In this document: one piece after another, positions 1-10,411 of the stretch
How the letters are laid out: every line of letters starts with the position of its first letter
How positions within the stretch are numbered: the first letter of the stretch is position 1
From: Paramicrosporidium saccamoebae KSL3
Taxonomy: Eukaryota; Fungi; Cryptomycota
Reading direction: 5' to 3'
DNA: 32,000 nt
NCBI GenBank assembly: GCA_002794465.1
Contig: MTSL01000101.1
Span: forward strand, 72,987-104,986
Notes under the pieces: generated by a model
What the model was told of the DNA's origin: nothing
Databases searched by the model: none
Seen by the model: the letters and a program-made list of their open reading frames with translations, nothing else
Program-made: the position numbers and the translations under genes

Positions 1-14
1 ACCAGGCTGGACTG

Positions 15-148
15 TGGGACCGCTATCTGGGTCGGGCTCACCAATGACAAGCGGACGCCGTTCAGCAGGTCCTGTTGATGGGTGAACTTACTGGGACCGC
101 TATCTGGGTGGGGCTCACCAATAATAAGTGGATGCTGTTTAACAGGCC
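15..148 (-). repeat. Tandem duplication of a 57-nt exon-like unit (copies 92-148 and 15-71) separated by a 20-nt GT-AG spacer (72-91)
   Basis: Two near-identical units 77 nt apart. On the minus strand they read GLLNSIHLLLVSPTQIAVP and DLLNGVRLSLVSPTQIAVP; the spacer is GTAAGTTCACCCATCAACAG. Any host gene runs off the left edge of the window. Confidence 0.6.
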
Positions 149-317
149 CTTTTACTAAAAAGCGTACCGTCTCTCCAGTAGGAAATCACTCTCGACGTCC
201 GGTGGGTTTATGGAATAAATATTGTGATTTGAACTATCAGTAGGCACTGTTTCACCCATATTCTCAAAATACCCCCCCCCATAAACATGATATACTCTCA
301 TGCGCCTGTCGCATTTA

Positions 318-1196
318 TTATGCATTGGTTCTAAAAAAAGTCGACAATTTTTCATAAACGAGAAATGTTATACATGTACCGGGAAGCACCCTGATCGTAC
401 TCGGGGCAATTCCCTTATAGAAGCCAGCGATGCCCTCATTGCGGAACGTCTTGGTGATGACGTCACCCAGTGACACAAATTGTCCCCCAGACATTTGTAA
501 TCTACATCGTGCTACTTGATAAGGATATGTTACAGTTGACGCTGTCACCTTTGCCACCGATGACATTAGGAGATACTCGGGTACTGAGGGCAACTTTCCC
601 GACGACATTTCCCGGTACTTTCCCTTTAGCGATTCGTAGGCCAAGAACTGGACGGCTCCATGAGACGTTCCTATCAATCCTGGGATCAATCCACGATACA
701 ATCCCAACACTCCCTCAGTCATTACAGTCCTGCGCAAACAATCAGCCAGACCTGTGTAGATTTGCGGTCCAGGTTGACAGAGTCGCGTCTTGGCAAGCCA
801 GATGGGATTCGTAGCTAGCACAGTAAGCATCCCTGCAGAGCCTGCTGAGATAAAGTATTGCCAGCCGGCGAGGGGAGGCTCCCATCGATGTTGAATCCAG
901 CGGTAGAGCAAAAAATACAGCCCCCAAGACAAAGTTGACCCCGTAAAATTTGCCGAAAAGCCTCTGTACAAACCCTTAACGCCTCCGGTATGATAAATGC
1001 GTTTCATTTCACGTGCGACGGCAAATTTGGCACGATTGTCACTGGTGGTGGTCGCTTGGAAGCGAGTCTTGAGTAGGTCGAGGGGATGCAGAATGAGAGT
1101 AGCGGTGCCACCCGCTGCAAATCCAGACGCTAGCTGGTCTAACAGCGGCCAGCCCTCTACAAGATATCCTTTGGCCTTGTGGACTTCAAACGTCAT
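318..1196 (-). CDS. FLX1: Mitochondrial carrier, folate/FAD transporter (SLC25A32/FLX1-like)
   Basis: Three carrier signature motifs: HPLDLLKTRFQ, NPIWLAKTRLC, YPYQVARCRLQ. First ATG at 1196. Subfamily assignment rests on recalled similarity. Confidence 0.8.
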   Translation of the reverse strand: MTFEVHKAKGYLVEGWPLLDQLASGFAAGGTATLILHPLDLLKTRFQATTTSDNRAKFAVAREMKRIYHTGGVKGLYRGFSANFTGSTLSWGLYFLLYRWIQHRWEPPLAGWQYFISAGSAGMLTVLATNPIWLAKTRLCQPGPQIYTGLADCLRRTVMTEGVLGLYRGLIPGLIGTSHGAVQFLAYESLKGKYREMSSGKLPSVPEYLLMSSVAKVTASTVTYPYQVARCRLQMSGGQFVSLGDVITKTFRNEGIAGFYKGIAPSTIRVLPGTCITFLVYEKLSTFFRTNA

Positions 1197-1277
1197 ACGC
1201 ACAGCAGAAGGAGAATTCCAAATTTGGGAAGTATAAAACTACACCAATCAGGGATCAGTTTATTTGTTTGAATTAAG

Positions 1278-2637
1278 ATGAAATGGGGTTTGATTCTAAT
1301 CCTTTCCGTCTCTGCCATCAGTTTCGCTGTGTTTCGGAAACTACAGGATACTGACCTTTGCTTTGGCAGATGGACGGGAGCACATAAATCACTCTCAATG
1401 ACGTGTTCGCAGCACGGAGCCTGTAACGAGGGATTAGACGCTGTCCGTGAGGTACAATCTCAATTATACTTGAAATTAGATTGCCCTTCACCAATGGAAA
1501 GCTTGCAGTAGCGCAGAAATCTCAATTAATCGGATCATGGGCATTTCCTCCATGCTGGATACATTAATCCTTGTGGACATTATGGACACTTTCCAGTCAG
1601 CGTTAAAGGAGTTTACTATGCTTGTACAGGCAGATCCTTTGCCTCATACAGCCCTGACACTCTATGAGGCAGCAGAGATGTTGCGGAACATGTTGGGTGC
1701 CTACTCGCTTTCTGGGGACGGACTATTTGTCACACAAGCTCAGATTTTGGGACAACAAATCATTGATCATCTGGCCACTAATCCCATGGTACCTGAGAAG
1801 GTGCCCAAGATTGATCTGGATTTGCGATATCTTGCGGGTCTTACAGGCAGTTCAGGCTTTAATGCGGCTGCTGCACAAATTGCCAAGATTTCGTTTAGCG
1901 GCGAAGAAAAGACCGATATTAGAGATTTGGAGACGGGCCTCCGTAATTCCTTAGTGCAATACCACATTGTCAGTGACCAGTTACGGCATCAGGCCATGCT
2001 CTTGATAAAAGATTATCAGGCGAATAAGAATGAAAATGTACCTCTCCCTTGGGACTTGGTGGCTAAAATTTAGATTTGCAAAATCCTCGGCCTAGTAGGA
2101 CCGTCATTGCTGTACACTGACGAACAAACCAGCCAAGAAATGCTAGAAATTTGTGAATTCTGCGTGGATCAATTCACTGGCAAAGACCTAAGCGATGGAC
2201 TTGGAGAGGGATTGCTCAGGCTATGGACTTACACCAAAGACTTGAGGTATCGTCAGTTAGGGATAAAAGTTCTCGAGCATGTAAAAGGTCGATGGATGCA
2301 GTCTGTCGGGTTTTCCACCATCGATGGCCAGCCGGTCAACATGGACACCATCTCTGAGCTCATCAAATCGCTCTATCTACTCTTTGGCACCGACGACCTA
2401 CTAGGGGCTGATTTTTGGATCTTTAGCAAGGCAGGCCATCCGTACCCCAGATCCCTAGACGGGGTCCCCAACAATGGGGTGCCGTTCCCATGCAAGCCCA
2501 GTACTCCTGAAGAAATGACGGGGCTGGTAGATGGTCGGAGAAGGAGAAGAGCGCAGCTTTCCGATCCAAATTCCACAGCCAACAAGATGATAGTTCGACG
2601 AAAACGTCAAATTCGGGTCCCCATACTGCCGCAATAA
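1278..2637 (+). CDS. GH47 alpha-1,2-mannosidase-like type II membrane protein with degenerate catalytic residues; join(1278..1451,1480..2037,2074..2637)
   Basis: Removing GT-AG introns 1452-1479 (28 nt) and 2038-2073 (36 nt) joins three ORFs in frame. N-terminal hydrophobic anchor, then GH47-like segments SMLDTLILVD, LGAYSLSGDGLF, LRLWTYTKDLRYRQLG, ELIKSLYLLF and WIFSKAGHP. Confidence 0.75.
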
Positions 2638-2663
2638 TAAAGACGCTGATCTCCAGGGTTGTC

Positions 2664-3117
2664 ATGTCGAGTAAGGAAAAGGTGACGCAGAGTTTGGAGG
2701 ATATTGCATCACGAGTGGACGCATTAGAGAAAGTCTTACAGCCGTTTCTACAACAGCCACTGGCAGAAACTCTTGGAGAGCTTGGGCCACTTGAGGGTGC
2801 CAAAGTTCAGGCTTCGGTTGCCTACTGTATGGAGACTCTTTTATATCGTATTATCTAACCGTCGGAAATGTGATTTTATAGTTCATATGAGACTACAGGG
2901 AGGAGTGAGCGGAAACCATCTCATACACAAAGACCTTGACAGGGTGAAAAGCTACCTCGACAAGGTAAAGCAGGCCGAGGCAGATTTTTCCCGAAAAGAG
3001 CAGGTGCGAGTGAATACAGATGCGGCTGGCCGTTTTATCCGCAACGCATTAGGGAGAGTCCCTGCTGAGGGAGTCAGCATGAACACTGATGGAGCACAGG
3101 ACGAGAAGATGCTATAA
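2664..3117 (+). CDS. LRP1: C1D/Rrp47 (Lrp1) nuclear exosome cofactor; join(2664..2847,2882..3117)
   Basis: A 34-nt intron (2848-2881) joins ...VAYCMETLLYL to HMRLQGGVSGNHLIHKDLDRVKSYLDKVK, matching the Sas10/Utp3/C1D pattern. Confidence 0.8.
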
Positions 3118-3153
3118 ATAGAGTAAACCAAGAATTTATTATTGTTTTGTCAA

Positions 3154-4125
3154 ATGGCACGCGGGTCGAGCAGTGGTAAAAAGAAGAAGAAAGGCTCGCC
3201 TTCAAAGTTAAAAGGACGGACTAGAATATCCAAGGGCTCACCAACGGGCCACCTACCCTATATTCCGAAACCAAGTCAAGTAAAAATCGCCTACGTCGGT
3301 ACATTGGATCCCGAAGCAAATGCGCATCTCAAAGACTATGTGCCTCCGAGTGACCGTCCGGTGCGGGTGTACTCGGACGGAATCTACGACATGTTTCACT
3401 ATGGACATGCAAGGGCATTGGAGCAGGTGAAGAGGCTATTTCCGAATGTGCATCTTATTGTGGGAGTGTGCAATGACGCACTGACCTACTCAATGAAGGG
3501 GAGAACGGTGATGGATGGAAACGAGCGAGCCGAGTCACTGAGACATTGTCGGTGGGTGGATGAGGTAGTGGAGAATGCTCCGTGGGTTATTGACGGGGAT
3601 TTTATCAAAAGACACCAAATTGACTTTGTGGCCCATGACGACATTCCCTATGCAAGCGAAGACTCTGACGACGTCTACAGCTTTATCAAGAAACAGGGAA
3701 AGTTTATTGCGACACAGCGAACTGCAGGAATATCGACAAGCGACCTTATCACGCGGATTGTCCGTGATTACGACTCGTATGTCCGTCGAAATCTGCAACG
3801 TGGAGCCACTCCCCGGGATCTCAATCTGTCCTTTCTCAAACAGGGCGAGATTAAGATGGAACAGCTTCGAGGAAAGCTTCAGAAGCGTCTTCGAGAAGAA
3901 GAGCTGAACATTAAGAACAATTGGGAAAGCACACGAGACGAGCTTGTGGATATGCTGCAGCAATGGGAGTCAAAGTCCCAAGAGCTGATTCAGGAGTTCT
4001 CCAATTTGTTTGATGTACGTAAATATTTCGAGTCTATCAGCCCCTCGCGGCGCCGTGAGGGCGGTAGACCGAGCCTTCGAAGAAAGTTCCTCGCTGCCTT
4101 TACCGGCAAAGAGGACGATCAGTAG
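3154..4125 (+). CDS. PCT1: Choline-phosphate cytidylyltransferase
   Basis: [24 protein letters not shown] (HxGH motif), [34 protein letters not shown]. First ATG at 3154. Confidence 0.95.
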   Translation: MARGSSSGKKKKKGSPSKLKGRTRISKGSPTGHLPYIPKPSQVKIAYVGTLDPEANAHLKDYVPPSDRPVRVYSDGIYDMFHYGHARALEQVKRLFPNVHLIVGVCNDALTYSMKGRTVMDGNERAESLRHCRWVDEVVENAPWVIDGDFIKRHQIDFVAHDDIPYASEDSDDVYSFIKKQGKFIATQRTAGISTSDLITRIVRDYDSYVRRNLQRGATPRDLNLSFLKQGEIKMEQLRGKLQKRLREEELNIKNNWESTRDELVDMLQQWESKSQELIQEFSNLFDVRKYFESISPSRRREGGRPSLRRKFLAAFTGKEDDQ

Positions 4126-4310
4126 CTGATTATTGCCAAATACATGAGTGTTTATTAGAGTTTGTAGTGTATCGTGAGAGAGGATATCCCGCCAGAGGAT
4201 TTGGTGAGAGACAAATACAGCCGCCGCGAGCTGTGGCTACTTTTGAGCAGAAGGAAACTTGGTCATTATCAAGTTGTAAACCATATTAATATGTGGCCGG
4301 ATCCATCACC

Positions 4311-4442
4311 ATACATTGAGTGACTCTGGCTGTTGTAAGATTTAAGCCATTGTCAACCAACTGTACATCGGCCAATCTCCCACTATATACATTGAGAGCC
4401 TCTGATTGCTATCGGAGAGTTTAAGCCATTCTCAATCAACCT
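4311..4442. repeat. Imperfect intergenic tandem duplication, period 76 nt
   Basis: ATACATTGAG...TTTAAGCCATTGTCAACCAAC at 4311 recurs as ATACATTGAG...TTTAAGCCATTCTCAATCAAC at 4387. Confidence 0.65.
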
Positions 4443-4477
4443 CAAATCCATCAGCTCACCACTGCACAAATGTTTAT

Positions 4478-4870
4478 TCAAGCCTGCGTCTTGGAGAATA
4501 CAACGAGAATTACTGAATCCCCTCTTAGGAACATTTTGCTAATAAAGCGATCCTTGTTCGACGGTGCGCTCTTCCTGCCCTTGCCCTTCCGTCCTGCTGT
4601 CTCTGTCCACACCTCGCGAACATTCTCAAGTACCATATTAAAATGTCTATCAAACGCCTTGACGCGCGCCAGCAACTTCCTATTGTTGCGACACGAAATG
4701 AGCACTTGGGTGTGCGTTTTAACGGCAGTCGTGAGGAGCGACATGGGGCCGGTTGAGAACTCGTGCTCCTCAAGCTCCTTCAATTCAGCTTGTGTCATTT
4801 CCGACTTTGGCTTGTTTGCCAAGCTACAAAGGATTAGATACAGACATGGATATGGGGGTTACTGCGACAT
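4478..4870 (-). CDS. SMD2: Small nuclear ribonucleoprotein Sm D2; join(complement 4863..4870,4478..4823)
   Basis: [10 protein letters not shown]...[33 protein letters not shown]...[18 protein letters not shown] 39-nt intron (4824-4862) supplies the start MSH. Confidence 0.97.
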
Positions 4871-5146
4871 GATGGGTCGATGAATAGTCGTCCCTGGCTA
4901 AAACCATAGTATTGTGCTGTTTCATAAGGGCGGGCGGTATACTGGATTTCCATGCGTTCTCATAAGAACGGGTAATTTTTGCTCTGTAGTCTTTTTGTCA
5001 ATGTGCCGAGTGTAAAGGTTACAGTAAAGGCTCCATATCTCCATATCCCCATATTCCCGTATCTCTATACCTCTGGTCCATAAATAAATGTGATGCTATG
5101 ATATGATTTACTCTCTTGCACTTATTAAGAGGAGTCTACGCAGCTT

Positions 5147-8100
5147 TCAACGTCTAATAGTCATGTTCTTGACAACAAGTCGGTTAGTGCGCACGCTACT
5201 TCCATCGCTCAGAGTGATTATATTGCTTTCCACTGATTTCAGCATTTCATGCACATTGGTGTCCTCGATGTATCGGTCCAGACTGAGCTCGTAAGCCTCC
5301 TCACGGGCAACTGTGACCTCTACCTTGTTACCACGGATGCCGATTTCAACTTCCACAAGTGGTTCAGACTTGCGGCTTTGAACATTTGTTCGATCCACCT
5401 CAATGGTCGGTCCAATGAGAGTTTCCACATCGGAATTGAGTGCAGTGTGCACCAATCCTGCACCTCCGCTAGCGAGCTTGTTCACAGCTTCACGGAAGTC
5501 AGAGTTGCCACGAAAGCCAACTGAACTCGGGTCAAATGTAGGCATCGACAGGACGAAATGACAGTCGCCAAGGAATGGGGAGAGACGCGTATGCACGCGA
5601 ACGAGGACTTTGAGCATATAGCTCAGCTGAGCCTGACTAGCGTTTGTAAGGACCGATGATAGAATGAGACGGTTGGCACGTTTTTGGATGGCCGCCAAAT
5701 AGGTACTTTCATACATCAAGGCAATGTATTTCCCAAACAGCGTCTTGTGTTGCAGCCAGTCTTCGGCTGAGAGACCATTCAAGTCAATTTGCTGGACAAT
5801 AGAGAAGCTTGAAGCAACGAGATCGGTGGTGGGCAGCTGATAAACGTCTGCAACAACGGGCGCATCAAATAAGGTCGCATCTTCCCAAACACGCACGTGA
5901 TAATTGTCTTTCAGCTGTTCAATCAACTTGGGTTGAGTGATCAGCTTGGTGGCAAGAAAGGCATTTCCCTTGTCATTTGAAAGTTTCTCAAACCCGAATC
6001 GAACATCAAACTTTGAGACAAGCAAGTAATCACGGTAGATGGATGCAATGGGAGCTGAAATGGTCTCATCTTGGGAAAACGAGTTGCGTTTGACCATTCT
6101 ACCCAGATCGGCAACAAAGGTTTGGGTCATCACCCGAACATTCAAAGGCGCTTCGCTCATTAGAGTTTCGCGAGGAGTAGCGCCTGTATGGATGCGAAGC
6201 TCCACACTGTCGATATGAATACGCTTGCTTCTCAGCACTCCACTCAACAAATCGACACGGGGACTATCAGTTCGAATACCTGCCAGTCTCCTCAGCGGTG
6301 TGTTGCTAAACATGGCCTCTGCCTCATCGTCAGGAACAGGGCGAAGGAAGTGGACAAAGCTTTCTGGGGGATATTCATTCAAATTTGGCGCACAATAGGG
6401 ATCATCACTCGGTTCTTCCAAAAATGGCAGCGCCTGGGTGAAATCCTCGGTAGTAGGGGTGGATTCAGAGCTTTTCAGGTTGGACTCTGAGATGGATACG
6501 GAACTGGCGGGGGGCAGGTCCTTTGAGTAAGTATAGGTTGTCTTTGTCTTGGCTAAACGGACTCGACGAGATTTCTTGGATGGCTCGTTACTGCAGATCA
6601 CTTCACTTTCCAGGCGTGCAATTCTTCCAGCCAATTTTATCAGGTAGGCACGTCTAGCTTCGAGGGATCCGGTTTGGAATGGATTTTTTCCTTTTGCGAT
6701 AGCGTCATGAGCTTCTTTCAACTTTTGGTACTTTTTAGATAACTTTTCCAAGGAGGCATCCTCATCGCTCTCGTTCGAATCGCTATCACTGTCCTCTGGA
6801 TCTTCACTGCTGTTCTCGGAATCTTCATTACTGTTCTCTGAACCTTCATTACTGTTTTGTGAATCTTCATTACTGTTTCGTGAATCTTCATTACTGTTTC
6901 GTGAATCTTCATTACTGTTTTCTGAATCTTCACCGCTGTTATCGGAATGTTTGTCATTACTGTCCAACTCTTCACCATTGTCGCTCGAACCTTCCTTATC
7001 CTTATCTGAGTCTTCGTCACCCTTGTTCAAATCTTCATAAATCTCGGTTATTTCTTCGTCAATATCGTTCAACTCTTTATCAACCTCGTTCAGTTCTTCA
7101 ACAACTTCGTTCAATTCTTCATCGATCCCGTTCAATTCTTTGTTATTATTGCCCAAATCTTTACCACTCTCGCCTGAACCTTCCTCAGTCTTGTTTGAAC
7201 TTTTATCGTCATTGTCCAAAGCTTCATCAATTTTGTTTAAACTTTCATCGTTATTGTCTAAAGCTTCATCGATCTTGTTTAAATCTTTGTTAGTCTCGTC
7301 CAGACCTTCGGCAGTAATTTCTGAACCTCCATTAGCCTCGTTCAAAGCTTCATCAGCCTTGTGCAACTCTTCGGCATTACTGTTCAAAGCTTCACCAATC
7401 TTGTTTAACTCTTCATCAGTTTTGTTTAAATCTTTGTCATTATCATCCAAAACCACGCCAGTCTTATTCAATTCTTCGTCATGTTTGTGCAATTCCTCAC
7501 CACTCCTACCCGAGCCTTCATCAGATGCAGCATAAGCGACCAAATCGGAACTAACTTCTGAATCCTCGTCTAGCAGTCTAGGCTCCACTTGAGAGTCAGC
7601 AGGCTGCAGCTGAGCAACTTGAACAATCGAAACTATTGATACCACTTCCAGTACGGGTTCAGTAGACAAGTCAACATTCTCACTGGTAGGCTCTGCGATC
7701 GGACCATTTGCATGACTGATAACATCATTCACTATGCACCAATTAACCACATATAATACTCCAACTTACAAGCAGCAAAGAGGTGTGCTTTGGTCCCCTC
7801 ATCGCGGGGTTTGAAATAGATAACCTCTCCCGATTCACCCGCAGCTAGTACCAACTCTACTCAAGTCATAATGACAATAGATAAGTGATACGGCCTATGT
7901 GGTCGGCATCTTCAGAGAGTTTTGCGTTATGAAGAGGAATACTTCTTCCCTCTGCTCCAAAAAGTTTTTCATGAGACTATACCATGACAAAAGCTGACAA
8001 AGAGTACCAAAACGATATTGGTATCATGGAAGCTCACACTCACGTCCTCAGCCACCTGCTTGAGCTCAATTGCAGTGGATATGGCCGTGTCCGTCTTGGA

Positions 8101-8148
8101 CGCCTCTGCAGTTGCAAATGCAACAGCCGCGAGTAGGAACAGCCGCAT
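5147..8148 (-). CDS. Secreted protein A (~965 aa): signal peptide, acidic repeat stalk, C-terminal family domain; exons 8148-8008, 7976-7892, 7856-7770, 7731-5147
   Basis: GT-AG introns of 31, 35 and 38 nt join the signal-peptide ORF (MRLFLLAAVAFATAEA) to the 867-aa ORF with consistent phases. An alternative in-frame first donor after ...VAED is possible. Confidence 0.75.
6798..6944 (-). repeat. Intragenic 21-nt tandem repeat, about 7 units (NEDSRNS-type heptads)
   Basis: GAATCTTCATTACTGTT or close variants recur at 6798, 6819, 6840, 6861, 6882, 6903 and 6924. Confidence 0.9.
7030..7520 (-). repeat. Intragenic degenerate heptad repeat (xDEELNK / xDEALDN type), acidic coiled-coil-like
   Basis: The translation shows recurring DEELNK, GEALNS, DEALNE, DEALDN and DEELNE units at 7-residue spacing. 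Confidence 0.75.
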
Positions 8149-8228
8149 TGGTCTTCTCAATGGCCTAGACTACAGCCTCAGCCACATCAACTTTTAATTT
8201 AATCGATCGCCTTCCTATTATGGTATAA

Positions 8229-9307
8229 TTACAAATCTCCAATCGCCTCCAGGACCTGGCAAACCGCCTGACAGGTTACATTTACATTATGGGATAATTG
8301 TTCTGGCTTTCCCGGATGACTGTCGCCATTTAGGAGATAGAGCAGCGAAAGCCAGCTATTCACCTGGAAGTATCCAACAACAACCCCATTCGAGAGCCGC
8401 AGCTCACCGGATGACTTTTGTGGCTCAAGGGACTCGCTAGTCTTCCGACGGTGTGGATGGTGATAGATGCTGCCGAGATCACAAATCATGTCGAGCGTCT
8501 CACTGGCAAGCTCGAAACTGCGCAATCCCAGGGGCGAAGAGTCGGCAGCGACAAACACTTTCCGGGTCGTGTCAAATAGAAAGGCCTTTTCAATCTTTGA
8601 ATTCTACAAACTTAATAACCACGACAGGGCTACATTGCAGAGCATGTCTAGTAGCGTCTCTAAGGCTGGTGTTTCGGGGAGGTGGGCTTGTATGATCCTG
8701 CTGAGGGAAATGTACAAAGTGTGATCAAAGATGCTTGTCAAATGGAAATTAATCACCGGAGGATCGGGACAGATTTCCATTGCTTCCTCTCTCACCTTTT
8801 GCGTGATATCCTTGAGCACATCTATTGATTACTGTTCACTCGGTGTTGCCAACCTTGTCGTTCTTGCTCGTCCAGGGAATCGGCCTTGTGAAGGAGCACT
8901 TCGATTGGAATGTTGAGATTTGCCAGCCGAGAACGCAGGGCCAACGCACACAATTTGGTGAGGGCATTCACATAGTCATCCGTAATGTCAACCACAAAGA
9001 GGGCCGCACAGCAGCCCGCAAATAAGCTCTCGTCAAAAGGCGCCGGCGAGTGTGGTTCCAAGATGACATTGGTATCGGGCAGGTCAACCACCTTTGTTGT
9101 AAGACTCCTCTCTTCTCTACCCCCATGAGACGGCGGACTATATTACGTCATAAAAGGCAGGCACGTTTGCTCGCCACGCGCATTTTCCTGGAACACAACC
9201 CGGTCGATTGTCGTCTTTCCGCTCCTAAAATCAATTCCGCATCGACGATACTTTGCCAGTCCGGTGAGGAGGAAGCACAGCTTTCCCCTGTCCACCTGTC
9301 CCGTCAT
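8229..9307 (-). CDS. GTR2: Rag GTPase RagC/D (Gtr2)-like, divergent, 5 exons
   Basis: Spliced N-terminus MTGQVDRGKLCFLLTGLAKSGKTTIDRVVFQ (intron 9225-9251, 27 nt), then IEVLLHKAD, FHLTSIFDHTLYISLSRIIQ, KAFLFDTTRKVFVAADSSP and LRLSNG. Confidence 0.85.
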
Positions 9308-9656
9308 ACAACAAACTCAAAATACACTTTTTATTCATTCGGCCATCTTTTCCTCCTTAATCAACAAAGGCGCTCCCTCGGTCCCGCAGATTCTCGTTGA
9401 ATAGGTCGCTACTGAGCATCTTTCCGCATTCCCGCCACGCTTGTGAGCAGAATAAAATCTAGGCCTTAATTAGCAAATGACTTTTACGGGGATGGATATG
9501 ACCATAGTGCCAGTAAATGTCGTGATTGCCCTCACCAGTTCTCTGCTTAGACTCATGAAATTTTGACTTGCATCCAACTTTATTTACATCCACTCATGGC
9601 TAGCCACGACCACTCACCATAATCACCCAAGACCATTTAACATCCCTCACAATTAA

Positions 9657-10298
9657 TCACTTGTGTTTCTTTGCAAATTGATCAGCCAGCGGATGTGCAG
9701 GCGGTATCTCGATCCCGACTCTCTCACTCCTAATCTTTAACGAATCGACACCCAATTTTGCATCTCTTTTGGCCAATAACGTTCCATCGACCATCTGGTC
9801 ATTGATAAGCGAGCACATTAATTTTGGCTCTCCGTATGGCAGCTTGTCTCCTCTGTCCACCTGCCAGAAATGCCACGTCTTTCCATATGTATCTGCGAGT
9901 TTTCGCATCTCAGCCTTTTCCATAATGTTAGGTACGCGAGGCATGATGAGTAGTCCTGAGGAGACTTCGTGGGCGTGGGAATGCCAGTACTTTTTCTCCT
10001 CATCCGGCATCGCTTCGAACATGGGACGGGAGATGATGTATTCGACTCCAATGAGACGCGCAGTCTTCTCGTCGGCCGTGTCGTAGATTAGACACTGTCG
10101 CAGATCCTCGGTCAGATGGGAACAGAAATGATCGGCTATGACTTGCCGATACGGCTGCTCTGCATACCCGTGAATGCCATTGAAATGTGTCATAATGTTG
10201 TTGATAGGCTTGAATTGTTGAACAATGGAGGATGCCATTCCACTAACATCGGTTGCCAGTGTGGTTTTCGTTGTCGGATATTCTCTATCGACTGTCAT
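9657..10298 (-). CDS. DUF1264 / oil body-associated protein-like
   Basis: HFCSHLTEDLRQCLIYD, RLIGVEYIIS, EEKKYWHSHAHEVSSG, TYGKTWHFWQVDRGDKLPYGEPKLM are characteristic of DUF1264. Confidence 0.9.
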   Translation of the reverse strand: MTVDREYPTTKTTLATDVSGMASSIVQQFKPINNIMTHFNGIHGYAEQPYRQVIADHFCSHLTEDLRQCLIYDTADEKTARLIGVEYIISRPMFEAMPDEEKKYWHSHAHEVSSGLLIMPRVPNIMEKAEMRKLADTYGKTWHFWQVDRGDKLPYGEPKLMCSLINDQMVDGTLLAKRDAKLGVDSLKIRSERVGIEIPPAHPLADQFAKKHK

Positions 10299-10411
10299 TT
10301 TGGTTGCCGTACTGGAGAGCTAGGGGCTTATAAGCTACTCATTTAGGTTGAAGGTTAACTTTACTAAAATGCAGTTACTTTGTAGATGGATAGATGGATA
10401 TTGGCGCTACC

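Noticed and set aside
155-355. 66-aa minus-strand ORF with a kelch-like YHVYGGG
   Set aside because: Overlaps the carrier gene end and I could not splice it convincingly to the downstream duplicated exon.
4950-4990. Hairpin CGTTCT-CATA-AGAACG followed by an Sm-site-like AATTTTTG upstream of SMD2, suggesting an snRNA
   Set aside because: No U1 (ATACTTACC), U2 (GTGTAGTA), U5 (GCCTTTTAC) or U6 (ACAGAGA) signature nearby. An Infernal search would be needed to revive it.
5031-5075. 8-bp period microrepeat (CCATAT-type)
   Set aside because: Short low-complexity slippage with no evident function.
9050-9400. 116-aa plus-strand ORF
   Set aside because: Antisense to the spliced 5' exons of GTR2; no recognisable motifs.
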